Shown here: piece after piece, positions 9,371 to 20,146 of the stretch
Layout of the letters: each line of letters starts with the position of its first letter
How positions within the stretch are numbered: position 1 is the first letter of the stretch
From: Bacteroidota bacterium
GTDB taxonomy: Bacteria; Bacteroidota; Bacteroidia; Chitinophagales; BACL12
NCBI GenBank assembly: GCA_016706255.1
Contig: JADJJZ010000006.1
Coordinates: 486,022 to 550,021, forward strand
Reading direction: 5' to 3'
DNA: 64,000 bases
Program-made: the position numbers and the translations under genes
Notes under the pieces: generated by a model
Database searches by the model: none
What the model saw: the letters and a program-made list of their open reading frames with translations, nothing else
What the model was told of the DNA's origin: nothing

Positions 9371-11266
9371 GTGAGTCAAAATACCCTAAATATTATCACC
9401 ACCCTCATTCCGGCGCTGCCACTGCTTGGATTTTTTATTCATGTTTTCATGAAAAGTAAAATTTCCGAAAAAATGGCAGGTATACACGCGTCATTATGGG
9501 TGGGCATCGCATTTGTATTATCGCTGGTTTTATTTAATCAGCTTAATTCAACTGATGTTATAGAAGTTACTTTAACAAATTGGTTTCAGGTTGGGGGTTT
9601 AACAATTCCATTTGCCTTTCAAATCGACCACCTTAGTATTATTATGATGATGGTAATAACCGGCATCGGTTGTTTGATTCATATTTATTCTATTGGCTAT
9701 ATGCATGGCGATGAAGGATTTAACCGCTTCTTCTCCTATTTAAATTTATTTATTTTCTTCATGCTCCTCCTCGTAATGGCGAACAATTACATTTTAATGT
9801 TTGTCGGCTGGGAAGGCGTGGGGTTATGCTCTTATCTCTTAATCGGCTTCTGGTTCAAAAATCAGGAGTATAATAAAGCTGCTAACAAAGCATTTATCAT
9901 GAACCGCATCGGCGATTTAGCCATGTTGTTCGGATTATTTTTATTATTCCAATATGCAGGCTCATTAACCTTTACCGGTGTGAACGATAGTTTAACACGC
10001 CTGGTGCCGGATGAATCAATGTTAACTGTTATAACGCTTTTATTATTTATTGGAGCTTGCGGTAAAAGCGCGCAAATTCCTTTATATACCTGGTTACCCG
10101 ATGCCATGGCCGGCCCGACTCCTGTTTCTGCATTAATCCATGCAGCAACCATGGTTACAGCCGGTATTTATATGATTGTGCGCAGTAATTTATTATTTTC
10201 CATGGCGCCCGATACATTAAATGTTATCATGATTGTTGGTATTGCTACCGCAATTTTCGCCGGTTCAATTGCATTAAAACAAAATGATATTAAAAAAGTA
10301 CTGGCCTACTCAACGGTAAGTCAGCTCGGTTTAATGTTTTTTGCAATTGGTGTCGGCGCATATGAAGCTGCCATGTTCCACTTAATTACACATGCATTTT
10401 TTAAAGCATTATTATTCCTTAGCGCAGGCAGTGTTATTCACGGTTTAGGTGGCGAACAGGATATTCGTAAAATGGGTGGATTAGATAAACGTATGAAAAT
10501 TACCCACTGGGTTTTCGGATTTGGTGTATTAGCAATTATGGCAGTGCCTCCGTTCTCAGGGTTCTTTTCTAAGGATAGTATTTTAGTTGCTGCATATCAT
10601 ATTTCACCTGCACTTTGGGTAATTGGATTATTTGCCGGATTACTTACTGCATATTATATGATGCGTCTTTACGCAGTTGTTTTCAGAGGAGATGAAAGAA
10701 TGTCGGAACACGTTAGCAGCCATATTCATGAATCACCACGTGTAATTACAACACCATTAATTATTTTATCGGTGCTTGCAGTATTTGGCGGATTATTAAA
10801 CGTGCCACATCTATTTGGTGGTAATAAAATGATGATGCATTATTTAAGTCCGGTTGTGCCAATGGATGAAAAACATATGACCATGAATACGGAAATAATT
10901 TTAATGGTTATTGCATCATTGGCTATTTTCCTGACCATTTATTTTGCACATTTAAAATATAAAATCAAAAAAACAGTGCCGGAACCCGATGCACAAATTG
11001 TTGGATTTGGCAAGGTATTAAATCACAAATATTATATCGATGAACTATATAATACAATTGTTGTAAAACCATTACATACATTCGGTAATTTCTTATATAA
11101 AATTATCGACCTGCAGGTAATCGACGGGTTTGTAAATGGTACAGCACGATTAACAGCGTATTGTTCAACACAATTAAAAAATTTACAGACAGGTGCTGTG
11201 AGTTTTTATTTATTTGCCATGGCCATTGGTATGGTTGGAATTTTATTATTAATTATTTTGATGTAA
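9371..11266 (+). CDS. nuoL: NADH-quinone oxidoreductase subunit L
   Basis: 631-aa antiporter-like subunit with WEGVGLCSYLLIGFW. Confidence 0.95.
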   Translation: MSQNTLNIITTLIPALPLLGFFIHVFMKSKISEKMAGIHASLWVGIAFVLSLVLFNQLNSTDVIEVTLTNWFQVGGLTIPFAFQIDHLSIIMMMVITGIGCLIHIYSIGYMHGDEGFNRFFSYLNLFIFFMLLLVMANNYILMFVGWEGVGLCSYLLIGFWFKNQEYNKAANKAFIMNRIGDLAMLFGLFLLFQYAGSLTFTGVNDSLTRLVPDESMLTVITLLLFIGACGKSAQIPLYTWLPDAMAGPTPVSALIHAATMVTAGIYMIVRSNLLFSMAPDTLNVIMIVGIATAIFAGSIALKQNDIKKVLAYSTVSQLGLMFFAIGVGAYEAAMFHLITHAFFKALLFLSAGSVIHGLGGEQDIRKMGGLDKRMKITHWVFGFGVLAIMAVPPFSGFFSKDSILVAAYHISPALWVIGLFAGLLTAYYMMRLYAVVFRGDERMSEHVSSHIHESPRVITTPLIILSVLAVFGGLLNVPHLFGGNKMMMHYLSPVVPMDEKHMTMNTEIILMVIASLAIFLTIYFAHLKYKIKKTVPEPDAQIVGFGKVLNHKYYIDELYNTIVVKPLHTFGNFLYKIIDLQVIDGFVNGTARLTAYCSTQLKNLQTGAVSFYLFAMAIGMVGILLLIILM

Positions 11267-11269
11267 TTC

Positions 11270-12733
11270 ATGTTCACATTACTACTCATATTATTACCCA
11301 TCGTTGCAGGTTTAGGTTTGCTGCTTTTACCACAGCAAATGGCTAAACAAATTGCATTGGTAACCACATTGGCTACCTTAGCATTAACGGTAGCAACCTA
11401 TTTTCAATTTGACCCGCATGCAGGTGCGCAATTTGTTACAAATGTTCCTTGGATCGACATGCTCGGTGTTCGGTTCCATATTGGTATTGATGGAATTAGT
11501 ATGGTGATGCTCATTTTGAGCAATATCCTGGCACCATTAATTATACTTTCTTCATTTAAAGATGATTATTCTAAACCCGGACTGTTTTTTGGTTTAATGC
11601 TCATCATGCAGGGTGCAATGAACGGTGTATTTGTTTCATTGGATATGTTCCTCTATTATATTTTCTGGGAACTGGCATTAATTCCTGCTTATTTTTTAGT
11701 GTTATGGTGGGGCAGGGGCGAAACAACAAAAATTACATTCAAATTCTTTATTTATACCTTATTCGGAAGTTTGTTTATGCTGGTGGCTATCATTTGGTTG
11801 AGCGGACAAGGCGCAACAAATTCTACCGACATCAGTAATGTTTACGCGTTACAAATTCCGGCTTCAACACAATTGTATATTTTCCTGGCATTTATGCTGG
11901 CATACGCAATTAAAATTCCGGTATTTCCATTTCATACCTGGCAACCGGATACTTACACCTTTTCACCATCACCCGCAACCATGTTGTTATCGGGTGTGAT
12001 GTTAAAAATGGGATTGTATTCTATTATCCGTTGGATTCTACCTGTAGTGCCTGAAGCAGTTAATGAATACGGCCGAATTATTATGATACTCGCAGCAGTT
12101 GGCGTTTTTTATGCTTCCGCTATTGCCTGGTTACAAAAAGATTTAAAAAGATTATTCGCATATAGTTCTATTGCTCACGTTGGATTAATTACTGCCGGAA
12201 TTTTAACTGCAACAGAAATTGGTTTGCAAGGCAGTATGTTACAAATGATGGCACACGGTATCAACGTTGTCGGATTATTTTATGTTTGCCAGATTCTATA
12301 TAGGAAATTCGGTAATCACGATGTAAATGCAATGGGTGGCCTGCGTTTAAATGCACCGTTGTTTGCAGGATTATATCTGGTAATTATGCTCGCATCTGTT
12401 GCCTTGCCATTAACCAATGCTTTTCCCGGCGAATTTATGTTGCTGAATGCAGTGTATGGTGTAAGTCCGTGGATTTGTTTGTTTGCAGGAAGTGGCGTCA
12501 TTTTAGGTGCAGTGTATATGTTCACCAGCTATCAGAAAGTAATGCTCGGTGAATTAAACGGAAAAACAAATACTTTTACTGAAATTGATAATATGGATAA
12601 ATGGGTGTTGATTCCAATTGTAATTTTAATTTTTGCATTGGGAATTTATCCTTCATTTATTACCAACTTATCAGAACAATCAGTTCAAGATATAATTAAT
12701 ATTTATAAGACCAAAATTGGTGTTTCAATTTAA
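11270..12733 (+). CDS. nuoM: NADH-quinone oxidoreductase subunit M
   Basis: 487-aa antiporter-like subunit; position in the operon. Confidence 0.95.
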   Translation: MFTLLLILLPIVAGLGLLLLPQQMAKQIALVTTLATLALTVATYFQFDPHAGAQFVTNVPWIDMLGVRFHIGIDGISMVMLILSNILAPLIILSSFKDDYSKPGLFFGLMLIMQGAMNGVFVSLDMFLYYIFWELALIPAYFLVLWWGRGETTKITFKFFIYTLFGSLFMLVAIIWLSGQGATNSTDISNVYALQIPASTQLYIFLAFMLAYAIKIPVFPFHTWQPDTYTFSPSPATMLLSGVMLKMGLYSIIRWILPVVPEAVNEYGRIIMILAAVGVFYASAIAWLQKDLKRLFAYSSIAHVGLITAGILTATEIGLQGSMLQMMAHGINVVGLFYVCQILYRKFGNHDVNAMGGLRLNAPLFAGLYLVIMLASVALPLTNAFPGEFMLLNAVYGVSPWICLFAGSGVILGAVYMFTSYQKVMLGELNGKTNTFTEIDNMDKWVLIPIVILIFALGIYPSFITNLSEQSVQDIINIYKTKIGVSI

Positions 12734-12739
12734 GTATAA

Positions 12740-14188
12740 ATGACTTCAGTAATCGTTTTAGCAGCAGCAGGTATTGCGTCCATGTTTGTGGGTGTGTTTA
12801 ATATTAAACGCCTTGCTTTACCGTTGGTTTTACTGGCATGTTTAGCCGCGCTCGGAATTATTATCATGCATTATAATGGTGGTTATGAAAACCTCATGCA
12901 TAACATGCTGGCATTTGATGCTTATTCTTATGGCTTTAGTGTTATCATGATTCTGCTTACCATGGGCATTTTGGTAATCAGCAATTTTTATTACCGCAAT
13001 AATATTGAACACTTAAGCGATATCTATGCCTTGTTTATATTCTCATTAATTGGTGGTATTTTATTGTGTTCTTATAATAGTTTGGTGATGTTGTTTTTGG
13101 GCATCGAAATTTTAAGTATTCCATTATATATTCTTGCAGCAAGTAATCGTCGTAATTTATTCAGCAATGAAGCCGGTTTGAAATATTTTTTAATGGGTTC
13201 GTTCGCAAGTTGTTTTTTATTACTGGGAATTACCTTTATTTATGGAACGGCTCAAACATTTGATCTGCAACAAATTGCTGCTTATGTAAATGCCAACCCC
13301 GGAAATTTATCACCATTATTTGTAACAGGATGTGTGCTCATTTTAGGTGCATTTATATTTAAAATTTCTGCAGTGCCTTTTCATTTTTGGGCGCCCGATG
13401 TTTACCAGGGTTCACCAACGGTGGTAACAGCATTTATGGCTACTGTTGTAAAAACTGCAGCTTTTGGCGGATTAATTCGTTTTATAAACGGAACCATTTT
13501 TCCCGAAACAGCAATATGGACCGACATCTTAACCGTTGTTGCAATACTTACGCTGATAGGCGGAAATATTTTAGCTTTATATCAAACTAATTTAAAACGA
13601 TTATTGGCTTATTCAGGTATTGCCAATGCAGGTTATATATTAGTTGCAGTAGCTACATTAAATGAAAATGCCTACACCTATATTTTATATTACCTCGCTG
13701 CTTACGGCGTGGGAAGTATGCTGGCGTTTACCGTTTATTTTATCGTTAAAGATCAAACCGGTGTGGATACTATTGCAGGCTTGCGTGGATTATTTGCAAA
13801 AAATAAATTCCTCGCTACCGTTTTGGCAATTGCCATGTTATCATTAGCAGGTATTCCACCACTGGCCGGATTTTTTGGTAAGTATGCCATCTTTGTAAAT
13901 GCAATAGGTGCCAATGAAATTAAATTGGTTATTGTTGCCATTCTCACTTCATTAATAGGCGTTTATTATTATTTACGAGTAATGAGCACTGCCCTGTCTG
14001 CCGGCGATGAAATTCCGGAGCTCGACATTCATCTCAGCTATAAAATTGTACTAACCATTGGCGTTATTATTTTGCTGGCACTCGGTATAATGCCCGATTT
14101 GGTCTCGTCCATAATGGCTGCTATTCTGCAATTTTCCCCATGCACCAATTTATCAATATTTTACCCTGCAGCAACTAATGTTATTTAA
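12740..14188 (+). CDS. nuoN: NADH-quinone oxidoreductase subunit N
   Basis: 482-aa antiporter-like subunit; last gene of the operon. Confidence 0.9.
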   Translation: MTSVIVLAAAGIASMFVGVFNIKRLALPLVLLACLAALGIIIMHYNGGYENLMHNMLAFDAYSYGFSVIMILLTMGILVISNFYYRNNIEHLSDIYALFIFSLIGGILLCSYNSLVMLFLGIEILSIPLYILAASNRRNLFSNEAGLKYFLMGSFASCFLLLGITFIYGTAQTFDLQQIAAYVNANPGNLSPLFVTGCVLILGAFIFKISAVPFHFWAPDVYQGSPTVVTAFMATVVKTAAFGGLIRFINGTIFPETAIWTDILTVVAILTLIGGNILALYQTNLKRLLAYSGIANAGYILVAVATLNENAYTYILYYLAAYGVGSMLAFTVYFIVKDQTGVDTIAGLRGLFAKNKFLATVLAIAMLSLAGIPPLAGFFGKYAIFVNAIGANEIKLVIVAILTSLIGVYYYLRVMSTALSAGDEIPELDIHLSYKIVLTIGVIILLALGIMPDLVSSIMAAILQFSPCTNLSIFYPAATNVI

Positions 14189-14281
14189 ATTCCATTAAAA
14201 TAATGGTCACTAAGGGGGGCTAATCTTTCATAACAAACTTAATTTAATAATACTATATTTATAACCTCAAAAACAAATTTT

Positions 14282-14995
14282 ATGAAAAAACTAATTCCAT
14301 CTACCCTCGTTGTAATGCTCATCACAAGTATGGCATTAGCGTGCCAATCGTTTAGCGCGAGCAAATTAAACCCTGATTCAAAAGACTTCCCGATACAAGC
14401 ATTTAATGCCGTTTCCGTGGGTGGTGCTTTTGAGGTGCAGTTTACACAAGGTGCTAATACTACTGCCCGTGCCGAAGGTAGTGCCGACGATCTCGCAAAT
14501 GTGGTAATGGAAGTAAAAGATAATGAACTCACTATCTCCACAAAAAAGAATAGCAATATTAAACACGTAACTATTTATTTATCTACACCCGAATTAAATA
14601 AAATAGGTATTGCCGGAAGTGGAACTTTTAAAACATTGAATACTTTAACTACAAATAAAACTTTGCATGTTGAAATTGCAGGCTCAGGTACTATTACTGC
14701 TACAATTGATGCGCAAGATGTAGAAGCTGAAATTGCAGGCAGTGGTGATATCAATTTATTCGGAAAATCAACTAATTCAGATATCGAAATTGCAGGTAGC
14801 GGTAATTATAAAGCACAAGACTTAACTACAGGAAATGCTGATGTAGAAATTGCAGGTAGTGGAAGCGTTTACCTACAGGCATCAGGAAAATTAGATGCAG
14901 AAATTGCAGGCTCAGGTTCAGTTTATTATAAAGGTCAGCCGAGCGCAATTGACAAATCTGTTGCAGGTTCAGGAAGAATTAAACAAATGGATTAA
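14282..14995 (+). CDS. DUF2807 / GIN-domain (adhesin-head-like) lipoprotein
   Basis: Signal peptide plus Cys (MALAC). Reiterated EIAGSG beta-helix-like repeats. Confidence 0.7.
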   Translation: MKKLIPSTLVVMLITSMALACQSFSASKLNPDSKDFPIQAFNAVSVGGAFEVQFTQGANTTARAEGSADDLANVVMEVKDNELTISTKKNSNIKHVTIYLSTPELNKIGIAGSGTFKTLNTLTTNKTLHVEIAGSGTITATIDAQDVEAEIAGSGDINLFGKSTNSDIEIAGSGNYKAQDLTTGNADVEIAGSGSVYLQASGKLDAEIAGSGSVYYKGQPSAIDKSVAGSGRIKQMD

Positions 14996-15132
14996 ATAAA
15001 GTTATAGTTATTAAAATATTTCAACCCGGTAAATATTATTAATTCCCTTATTTACTACCGAAAAAAATGTAGTTGAAATAATTAAATTCATATACCGATG
15101 CAAAAACCTTGCTTAAGTATATAATCCAAAAT

Positions 15133-15169
15133 AAAAAATCGAATACTGCATGTAAGTATTCGATTTTTT
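15133..15169. terminator. Bidirectional rho-independent terminator candidate
   Basis: AAAAAATCGAATACT-GCATGTA-AGTATTCGATTTTTT: a perfect 10-bp stem flanked by A and T runs, between convergent genes. Confidence 0.6.
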
Positions 15170-15194
15170 AATTAAATAATTTGTCTGCAGTTGC

Positions 15195-15300
15195 TCTAGC
15201 CCGGATAGTAGTGAAAACTGCTTATGAGGCACGAATAAGCAGTTGCAACGAATAGCCGGAACGATTGTGCGGGTATAGAAAAAGTAGCTCGCTCCAAAAA
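15195..15300. repeat. Diverged member of the GC-rich intergenic repeat family (copy A)
   Basis: Shares CTAGCCCGG ... GTAG.G.AAA ... AGCCGGAACG with the copies at 18500-18624 and 60787-60905. Internal hairpin CTGCTTAT/ATAAGCAG. Confidence 0.4.
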
Positions 15301-15333
15301 TAAAATATTGTATTAATTAGTTGAAGCAGTATT

Positions 15334-16473
15334 TTATCTCAAAATACTTCTGCCAATTACAATACGTTGCACTTCGCTGGTGCCTTCATAAATTTGTGTA
15401 ATTTTTGCATCGCGCATTAAACGTTCAACGTGATATTCTTTCACATACCCGTAACCACCGTGAATTTGTACCGCTTCAACAGTAGTTTTCATAGCCACTT
15501 CACTTGCAAAAACTTTCGCCATACTTGATGCCAGATCATAATTTTCGTGCGCATCTTTTAATTGTGCCGCTTTATAAATTAATAAACGTGCAGCTTCAAT
15601 TTCAGTTGCCATATCAGCAAGTTTAAATTGAATGGCTTGATGTTGTGCAATTTCTTTACCAAATGCTTTGCGCACTTTTGCATAATCTAACGATAATTCA
15701 TAAGCACCTGCAGCAATACCTAAAGCTTGCGACGCAATACCAATACGACCACCACTTAATGTTTTCATGGCAAAAGTAAATCCGAAACCATCGTCGCCAA
15801 TGCGATTTTCTTTTGGCACTTTTACATCATTAAATAATAAGGTATGTGTATCACTTGCTCTAATGCCTAATTTATCTTCTTTAGCCCCAACAATAAATCC
15901 GGGCATCTCTTTTTCTACGATTAAACAGTTAATGCCTTTATGACCTTTCGCAACATCTGTTTGTGCCATTACCAAATAAACACTTGCAGTGCCACCATTG
16001 GTAATCCAGTTTTTTGTTCCGTTTAATAAATAGTAATCACCTTTATCTTCTGCAGTGGTACGTTGCGAAGTTGCATCACTTCCCGCTTCCGGTTCGCTTA
16101 AACAAAAGGCACCAATTTTTTTACCCGATGCTAAATCCGGTAAATATTTTCTTTTTTGTTCCTCAGTTCCAAATTGTTCCAGTCCCCAGCATACCAGCGA
16201 ATTATTTACACTCATAATTACCGAGCATGAGCTGTCAACTTTCGAAATTTCTTCCATCGCTAAAACATAACTCATGGTATCCATTCCACCGCCACCGTAT
16301 TCGGGCGATACCATCATACCTAAAAATCCAAGCTCACCCATTTGTTTCACTTCCTCATACGGGTAACGCATCTCGCGGTCGCGATCAATTACGCCCGGTT
16401 TTAAAACATTCTGCGCAAAATCTCTTGCCGCTTGTTTAATCATGAGTTGTTCTTCTGTTAATTCGAAATGCAT
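15334..16473 (-). CDS. Acyl-CoA dehydrogenase
   Basis: 379 aa, full-length ACAD pattern (…GGGMDTMSY…, …IYEGTSEVQRIVIGR…). Confidence 0.9.
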   Translation of the reverse strand: MHFELTEEQLMIKQAARDFAQNVLKPGVIDRDREMRYPYEEVKQMGELGFLGMMVSPEYGGGGMDTMSYVLAMEEISKVDSSCSVIMSVNNSLVCWGLEQFGTEEQKRKYLPDLASGKKIGAFCLSEPEAGSDATSQRTTAEDKGDYYLLNGTKNWITNGGTASVYLVMAQTDVAKGHKGINCLIVEKEMPGFIVGAKEDKLGIRASDTHTLLFNDVKVPKENRIGDDGFGFTFAMKTLSGGRIGIASQALGIAAGAYELSLDYAKVRKAFGKEIAQHQAIQFKLADMATEIEAARLLIYKAAQLKDAHENYDLASSMAKVFASEVAMKTTVEAVQIHGGYGYVKEYHVERLMRDAKITQIYEGTSEVQRIVIGRSILR

Positions 16474-16512
16474 AAAATCTCAATTGTGGTTTAAAAAATA
16501 ATAGTCAGCTAT

Positions 16513-17001
16513 TTATTTTCTTTCGAGTATTAATGTTGTTGAATAATTATTTAAATAAGGCACTATAACAACCTGCCCGCCGGAGCTTTTCATAATATCT
16601 GCCCCAACAATATTTTCAGCAGTATAATCGCCACCTTTTACAAGGTAATCAGGTTTAATTGTTTTAATTAATTCATATGGTGTGTCTGCATCAAATAAAA
16701 TAACCGCATCAACACCATGCATATTGGCAAGCATTAATGCGCGATCCTCTTCATTATTAATGGGTCTGTTTTCACCTTTTAATTTTTTAACCGATGCATC
16801 AGTATTTATGGCGACAATTACTGCAGCATTATATCCCAAATCGCCACATGCATTAATAATATGTGCATGACCTTTATGTAAAATATCAAAACAACCGTTG
16901 GTAAAAACAATCTTGCGGTTTTGAAATCGCCATACTGCGATTTGTTGTAACAAATCCTTTATTTGAAACAATTTATTTTGGGCAATTTCAGTTCGTTTCA
17001 T
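16513..17001 (-). CDS. D-glycero-beta-D-manno-heptose 1-phosphate adenylyltransferase-like (RfaE domain II, cytidylyltransferase family)
   Basis: VFTNGCFDILHKGHAHII nucleotidyltransferase HxGH motif; 162 aa. Confidence 0.8.
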   Translation of the reverse strand: MKRTEIAQNKLFQIKDLLQQIAVWRFQNRKIVFTNGCFDILHKGHAHIINACGDLGYNAAVIVAINTDASVKKLKGENRPINNEEDRALMLANMHGVDAVILFDADTPYELIKTIKPDYLVKGGDYTAENIVGADIMKSSGGQVVIVPYLNNYSTTLILERK

Positions 17002-18010
17002 CTGCGGTGGTTAAAGGTTTAACGCGGGATAAAAGTAATAATGAAATTACTCCAATAAAAATTATCATCACAGTTTGTGCACTCCAGGCCAGCCAGCTAT
17101 AGCTAATGGCATAAGCTCGGTCTAAACCATACAGCGCCACAAGTGTTTCGGTAACAATTAGCTGATAAGCGCCAATACCACCCGGGGTGCTTATAATACC
17201 GATGGTGCCAAATACCAGCACCGCCAGCGCCTCAGTTAAACCGAGGTGCATGGTTTGTTCCAGGGCGTAAAAACACACCCAAACCATCGCAAAATAACAC
17301 ACCCAGATAAACACCGAATAAAAAATAAATAAGGGGAAATTTTTCAGATGACGCACAGCGTAAATACCATCACGCACATTCATAATCATAATACGCAGGC
17401 GCACATAAGCCTCTGTATGTTTAAAACGACGAATTAAAAAATAAGTCACCAAACCCAATGCAATTGCACAACCCCCTAAAATGAGCAGCATATTTAAACC
17501 CGACGAAAATTTATCGCTGATTGGCGTAACTACCTTTTCAATAAAAAAACTATAAATCAGTGAAAACTGAACCAAAAACATTAAAATAATTACCAAAATA
17601 AGGCAAAGTAAATCCACAGCCCGCTCCACTACAATTGTTCCCAGTCCTTTTTCTACCGGAACCTTTTCATAACGTTGTAAAATTCCGCAGCGGGTAACCT
17701 CGCCAATATATGAAACGGCCATTTTGGTGAGGTAAGCCACCATAACAGCATAAAAAGTAGTTGAAATACGCGGATTATAACCCATCGGCTGCATCATCAT
17801 TTTCCAGCGCAGGGCACGCACATAATGACTTAAAATACCAATCGCAATCGATAGCCCCACCCACCAGTAATTGGCATTGCGAAATGAGTTGCGCACTTCC
17901 AGTTTTTGCTCGGCGGTAAGGTCTTTAGTGATATACCAAATAAGCAATAAACCGATACCCAGAAAAACAACAAATTTTAAAATATTAAAAAACAGTTTCC
18001 GGTTGAGCAT
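16988..18010 (-). CDS. UPF0104 / lysylphosphatidylglycerol-synthase-TM-region-like membrane protein
   Basis: 340-aa polytopic membrane protein. Conserved partner downstream of panD in Bacteroidota (from memory of synteny). Confidence 0.65.
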   Translation of the reverse strand: MLNRKLFFNILKFVVFLGIGLLLIWYITKDLTAEQKLEVRNSFRNANYWWVGLSIAIGILSHYVRALRWKMMMQPMGYNPRISTTFYAVMVAYLTKMAVSYIGEVTRCGILQRYEKVPVEKGLGTIVVERAVDLLCLILVIILMFLVQFSLIYSFFIEKVVTPISDKFSSGLNMLLILGGCAIALGLVTYFLIRRFKHTEAYVRLRIMIMNVRDGIYAVRHLKNFPLFIFYSVFIWVCYFAMVWVCFYALEQTMHLGLTEALAVLVFGTIGIISTPGGIGAYQLIVTETLVALYGLDRAYAISYSWLAWSAQTVMIIFIGVISLLLLSRVKPLTTADETN

Positions 18011-18360
18011 CAGCGCAAGGAGTTTGTTTTACTATCCGGAAAAATCACCGTTGGGACAAATTTTTTCGCTTCCTCAAAATCCATCGAGGCATAGGCACAA
18101 ATAATCACAACATCTTCAGGTTCCACTTTTCTGGCGGCAGGCCCGTTCAAACAAATTGTGCCCGAACCGCGTTCACCTTTAATAATGTAGGTCTCCAAAC
18201 GCTCGCCATTCGCCACATTCAGCACCTGCACCTTTTCATTTTCAATCATGTTTGCCGCATCCATCAAATCCTCATCAATTGTAATGCTGCCAATATAATT
18301 CAAATTAGCCTCCGTAACCCGAACCCTGTGGATCTTGCTTTTCAAAATTTCTATACGCAT
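18010..18360 (-). CDS. panD: Aspartate 1-decarboxylase
   Basis: [32 protein letters not shown], including the GS self-cleavage site; 116 aa. Confidence 0.95.
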   Translation of the reverse strand: MRIEILKSKIHRVRVTEANLNYIGSITIDEDLMDAANMIENEKVQVLNVANGERLETYIIKGERGSGTICLNGPAARKVEPEDVVIICAYASMDFEEAKKFVPTVIFPDSKTNSLR

Positions 18361-18397
18361 AGCGAGTGCAAAGGTAGGGGTTTTTAGTAATATCGAC

Positions 18398-18475
18398 CAC
18401 CGCTATGCACGGTCTCCGACCACCCGCTATGCTTGGTCTCCGACCATGCATCAGAATCCGGGTCACCGACCCACT
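18398..18475. repeat. REP-like hairpin cluster (three GGTCTCCGACC-type modules)
   Basis: CCGCTATGCACGGTCTCCGACCACCCGCTATGCTTGGTCTCCGACCATGCATCAGAATCCGGGTCACCGACCC. Confidence 0.8.
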
Positions 18476-18499
18476 AAAAACAGAAAAGTAGTTGTTTAT

Positions 18500-18624
18500 C
18501 CATATTTGGAGCATCACCATCCCCCACGCCAACAAAATCCCTTCCGGTGCTCCGCTCCAAGTCCTCGTCGCCTCCACTGCGTTCCGGCTCCTGCGGGCTT
18601 TCCGCTACGCCCCGGGCTAGGTCA
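18500..18624 (-). repeat. GC-rich ~125-bp repeat, copy B (inverted relative to copy C)
   Basis: The reverse complement GACCTAGCCCGGGGCGTAGCGGAAAGCCCGCAGGAGCCGGAACGCAGTGGAGGCGACGAGGACTTGGAGCGGAGCACCGGAAG...GGCGTGGGGGATGGTGATGCTCCAAATATGG aligns along its length with 60787-60905. Confidence 0.8.
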
Positions 18625-18837
18625 CCTTTTTCAGTTGCTATCACAAAAACGATTTGTAAAAATTTAAGTAAAAAGTGACATTCAAATTATGGGAAAAAAA
18701 TAAAAATTATGGCTTGTAGGCATTTAAATTTAGAAAAAATGATATTTGAATTATCCAAAAATGTGACATTTTGTTTTTTCCTCAAAAATGCGTTTAACAA
18801 CAAAAATGATTTAATTGTGCTACCTTAAATTTGATAA

Positions 18838-19542
18838 ATGAAAAAGAATCTACAATCTGTTTACTGTGGTATAATTGCCCCAATAATTTTTGTGTTAATT
18901 TTTACAATTGAAGGTGCTTTTCGCGATAATTATTCACCAATAAAAAATTTTATTAGCGAATTATCCCTCGGAGAAAGAGGTTGGATTCAAATTGTCAATT
19001 TTTTAATATTTGGCTTTTTATTGTTTGTATTTAGTTTTCAATTAATAATCGATTTTCGCAAAACCAAGTTATCGGTTGCAGGGCCGGTTTTGCTTTTGAT
19101 TCTCTCCGTTTGTTTCTTTTTTTCCGGCCCGTTTGTAACCGACCCCAATACAATATTTGCAGATCAAAAAAGTATTCATGGGATAATCCATGGTGTTTTA
19201 GGAGGGTTAGTATTTTTAATTATTCCAATAAGTTTGTGGGTGTTTCTAAAACTATTCAAAAAAATAGCATATTTAAATCCATTAAAAAACGTAACCCTCT
19301 TTTTTGCTATAACTTCAACAATATTTTTTATCTGCTTTACCTATGTAACCAAAGTTCCTGCAGCGCAAAATATTTTTTCAAACTGTAATGGCCTGTTTCA
19401 ACGCTTTGCATTAATTCCTTTTATGGTTTGGGTTGTTTATTTTGCCTACTTTATAAAAAATAAAATGTCCCGCTATGCATGGTCTCCGACCATACATCCG
19501 AACAGCGGCCTCCCGACCGCTAAAATTAAATTTGATAAATAA
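18838..19542 (+). CDS. DUF998-like polytopic membrane protein
   Basis: 234 aa, 6-7 TM. The last ~24 codons are read from the REP-like element at 19469-19520. Confidence 0.55.
   Translation: MKKNLQSVYCGIIAPIIFVLIFTIEGAFRDNYSPIKNFISELSLGERGWIQIVNFLIFGFLLFVFSFQLIIDFRKTKLSVAGPVLLLILSVCFFFSGPFVTDPNTIFADQKSIHGIIHGVLGGLVFLIIPISLWVFLKLFKKIAYLNPLKNVTLFFAITSTIFFICFTYVTKVPAAQNIFSNCNGLFQRFALIPFMVWVVYFAYFIKNKMSRYAWSPTIHPNSGLPTAKIKFDK
19469..19520. repeat. REP-like double hairpin
   Basis: CCCGCTATGCATGGTCTCCGACCATACATCCGAACAGCGGCCTCCCGACCGC. Confidence 0.85.
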
Positions 19543-19575
19543 ATTTCATTATTTTTAAAAAAAGCATGAAACACT

Positions 19576-20013
19576 ATGGTTGATCCAAACATTGTATTCC
19601 CGATACTTGAGCTTACCGACTGGGTTTTCGAAGGTGAATGTGTTTATGAACTAGAAACTAAATGGGGTGGCCCATTTTATATAAAGGAAAATGAATTAGA
19701 AAAACATTTACAACGATTAATTATCGATAGTGAAGGAAAGGTTTTAAAAGTCACTTTTGAAAAAATAATCAGTAGAGAAACTACTATTTTTTCATTTTTT
19801 ATGCCAACAAAAAACCTTATGGAATTGAATTTGGAATTAACTGATAGAAAAATGACTTTAGATGAAGTTAAACGAAAAATCATCTCCAATACCGAAAAAA
19901 ATTTTATTATAAAACGTTATAAAGAAATTTCTGAAGCTGATTTTAATAATAAACTACGTGCAGCACCAAATTTTGTGAAATTATTCGAAATCGCATCAAT
20001 GGAGGATGAATAA
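19576..20013 (+). CDS. Hypothetical protein
   Basis: 145-aa ORF, no recognisable motif. Followed directly by a REP-like element. Confidence 0.45.
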   Translation: MVDPNIVFPILELTDWVFEGECVYELETKWGGPFYIKENELEKHLQRLIIDSEGKVLKVTFEKIISRETTIFSFFMPTKNLMELNLELTDRKMTLDEVKRKIISNTEKNFIIKRYKEISEADFNNKLRAAPNFVKLFEIASMEDE

Positions 20014-20025
20014 ATAGCATTAAAA

Positions 20026-20074
20026 GCTATGCATGGTCTCCGACCATGCATCCGAACCGCGGTCTCCCGACCGC
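20026..20074. repeat. REP-like double hairpin
   Basis: GCTATGCATGGTCTCCGACCATGCATCCGAACCGCGGTCTCCCGACCGC: a 10-bp perfect stem with TCC loop, then a 6-bp stem with TCCC loop. Confidence 0.9.
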
Positions 20075-20146
20075 TAGCTCCAATTCAACATATTCAAAAT
20101 AAAACCGCTAATTTGCAATCCCAATAACCCAAATAAAACCACCTCA

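Noticed and set aside
583-13947. Numerous 60-96-aa ORFs nested in or antisense to nuo genes (for example 583-777, 963-1151, 9862-10152 and 13387-13590)
   Set aside because: They are fully contained within strongly supported conserved CDSs in other frames. No independent evidence supports them.
18305-18667. ORFs 18305-18577(-) and 18335-18667(+), and similarly 60844-61029(+), 60901-61227(-) and 60998-61180(-)
   Set aside because: These overlap the REP-like and GC-rich repeats or the antisense strand of panC. Their Pro/Arg/Gly-rich translations reflect repeat composition, not coding sequence.
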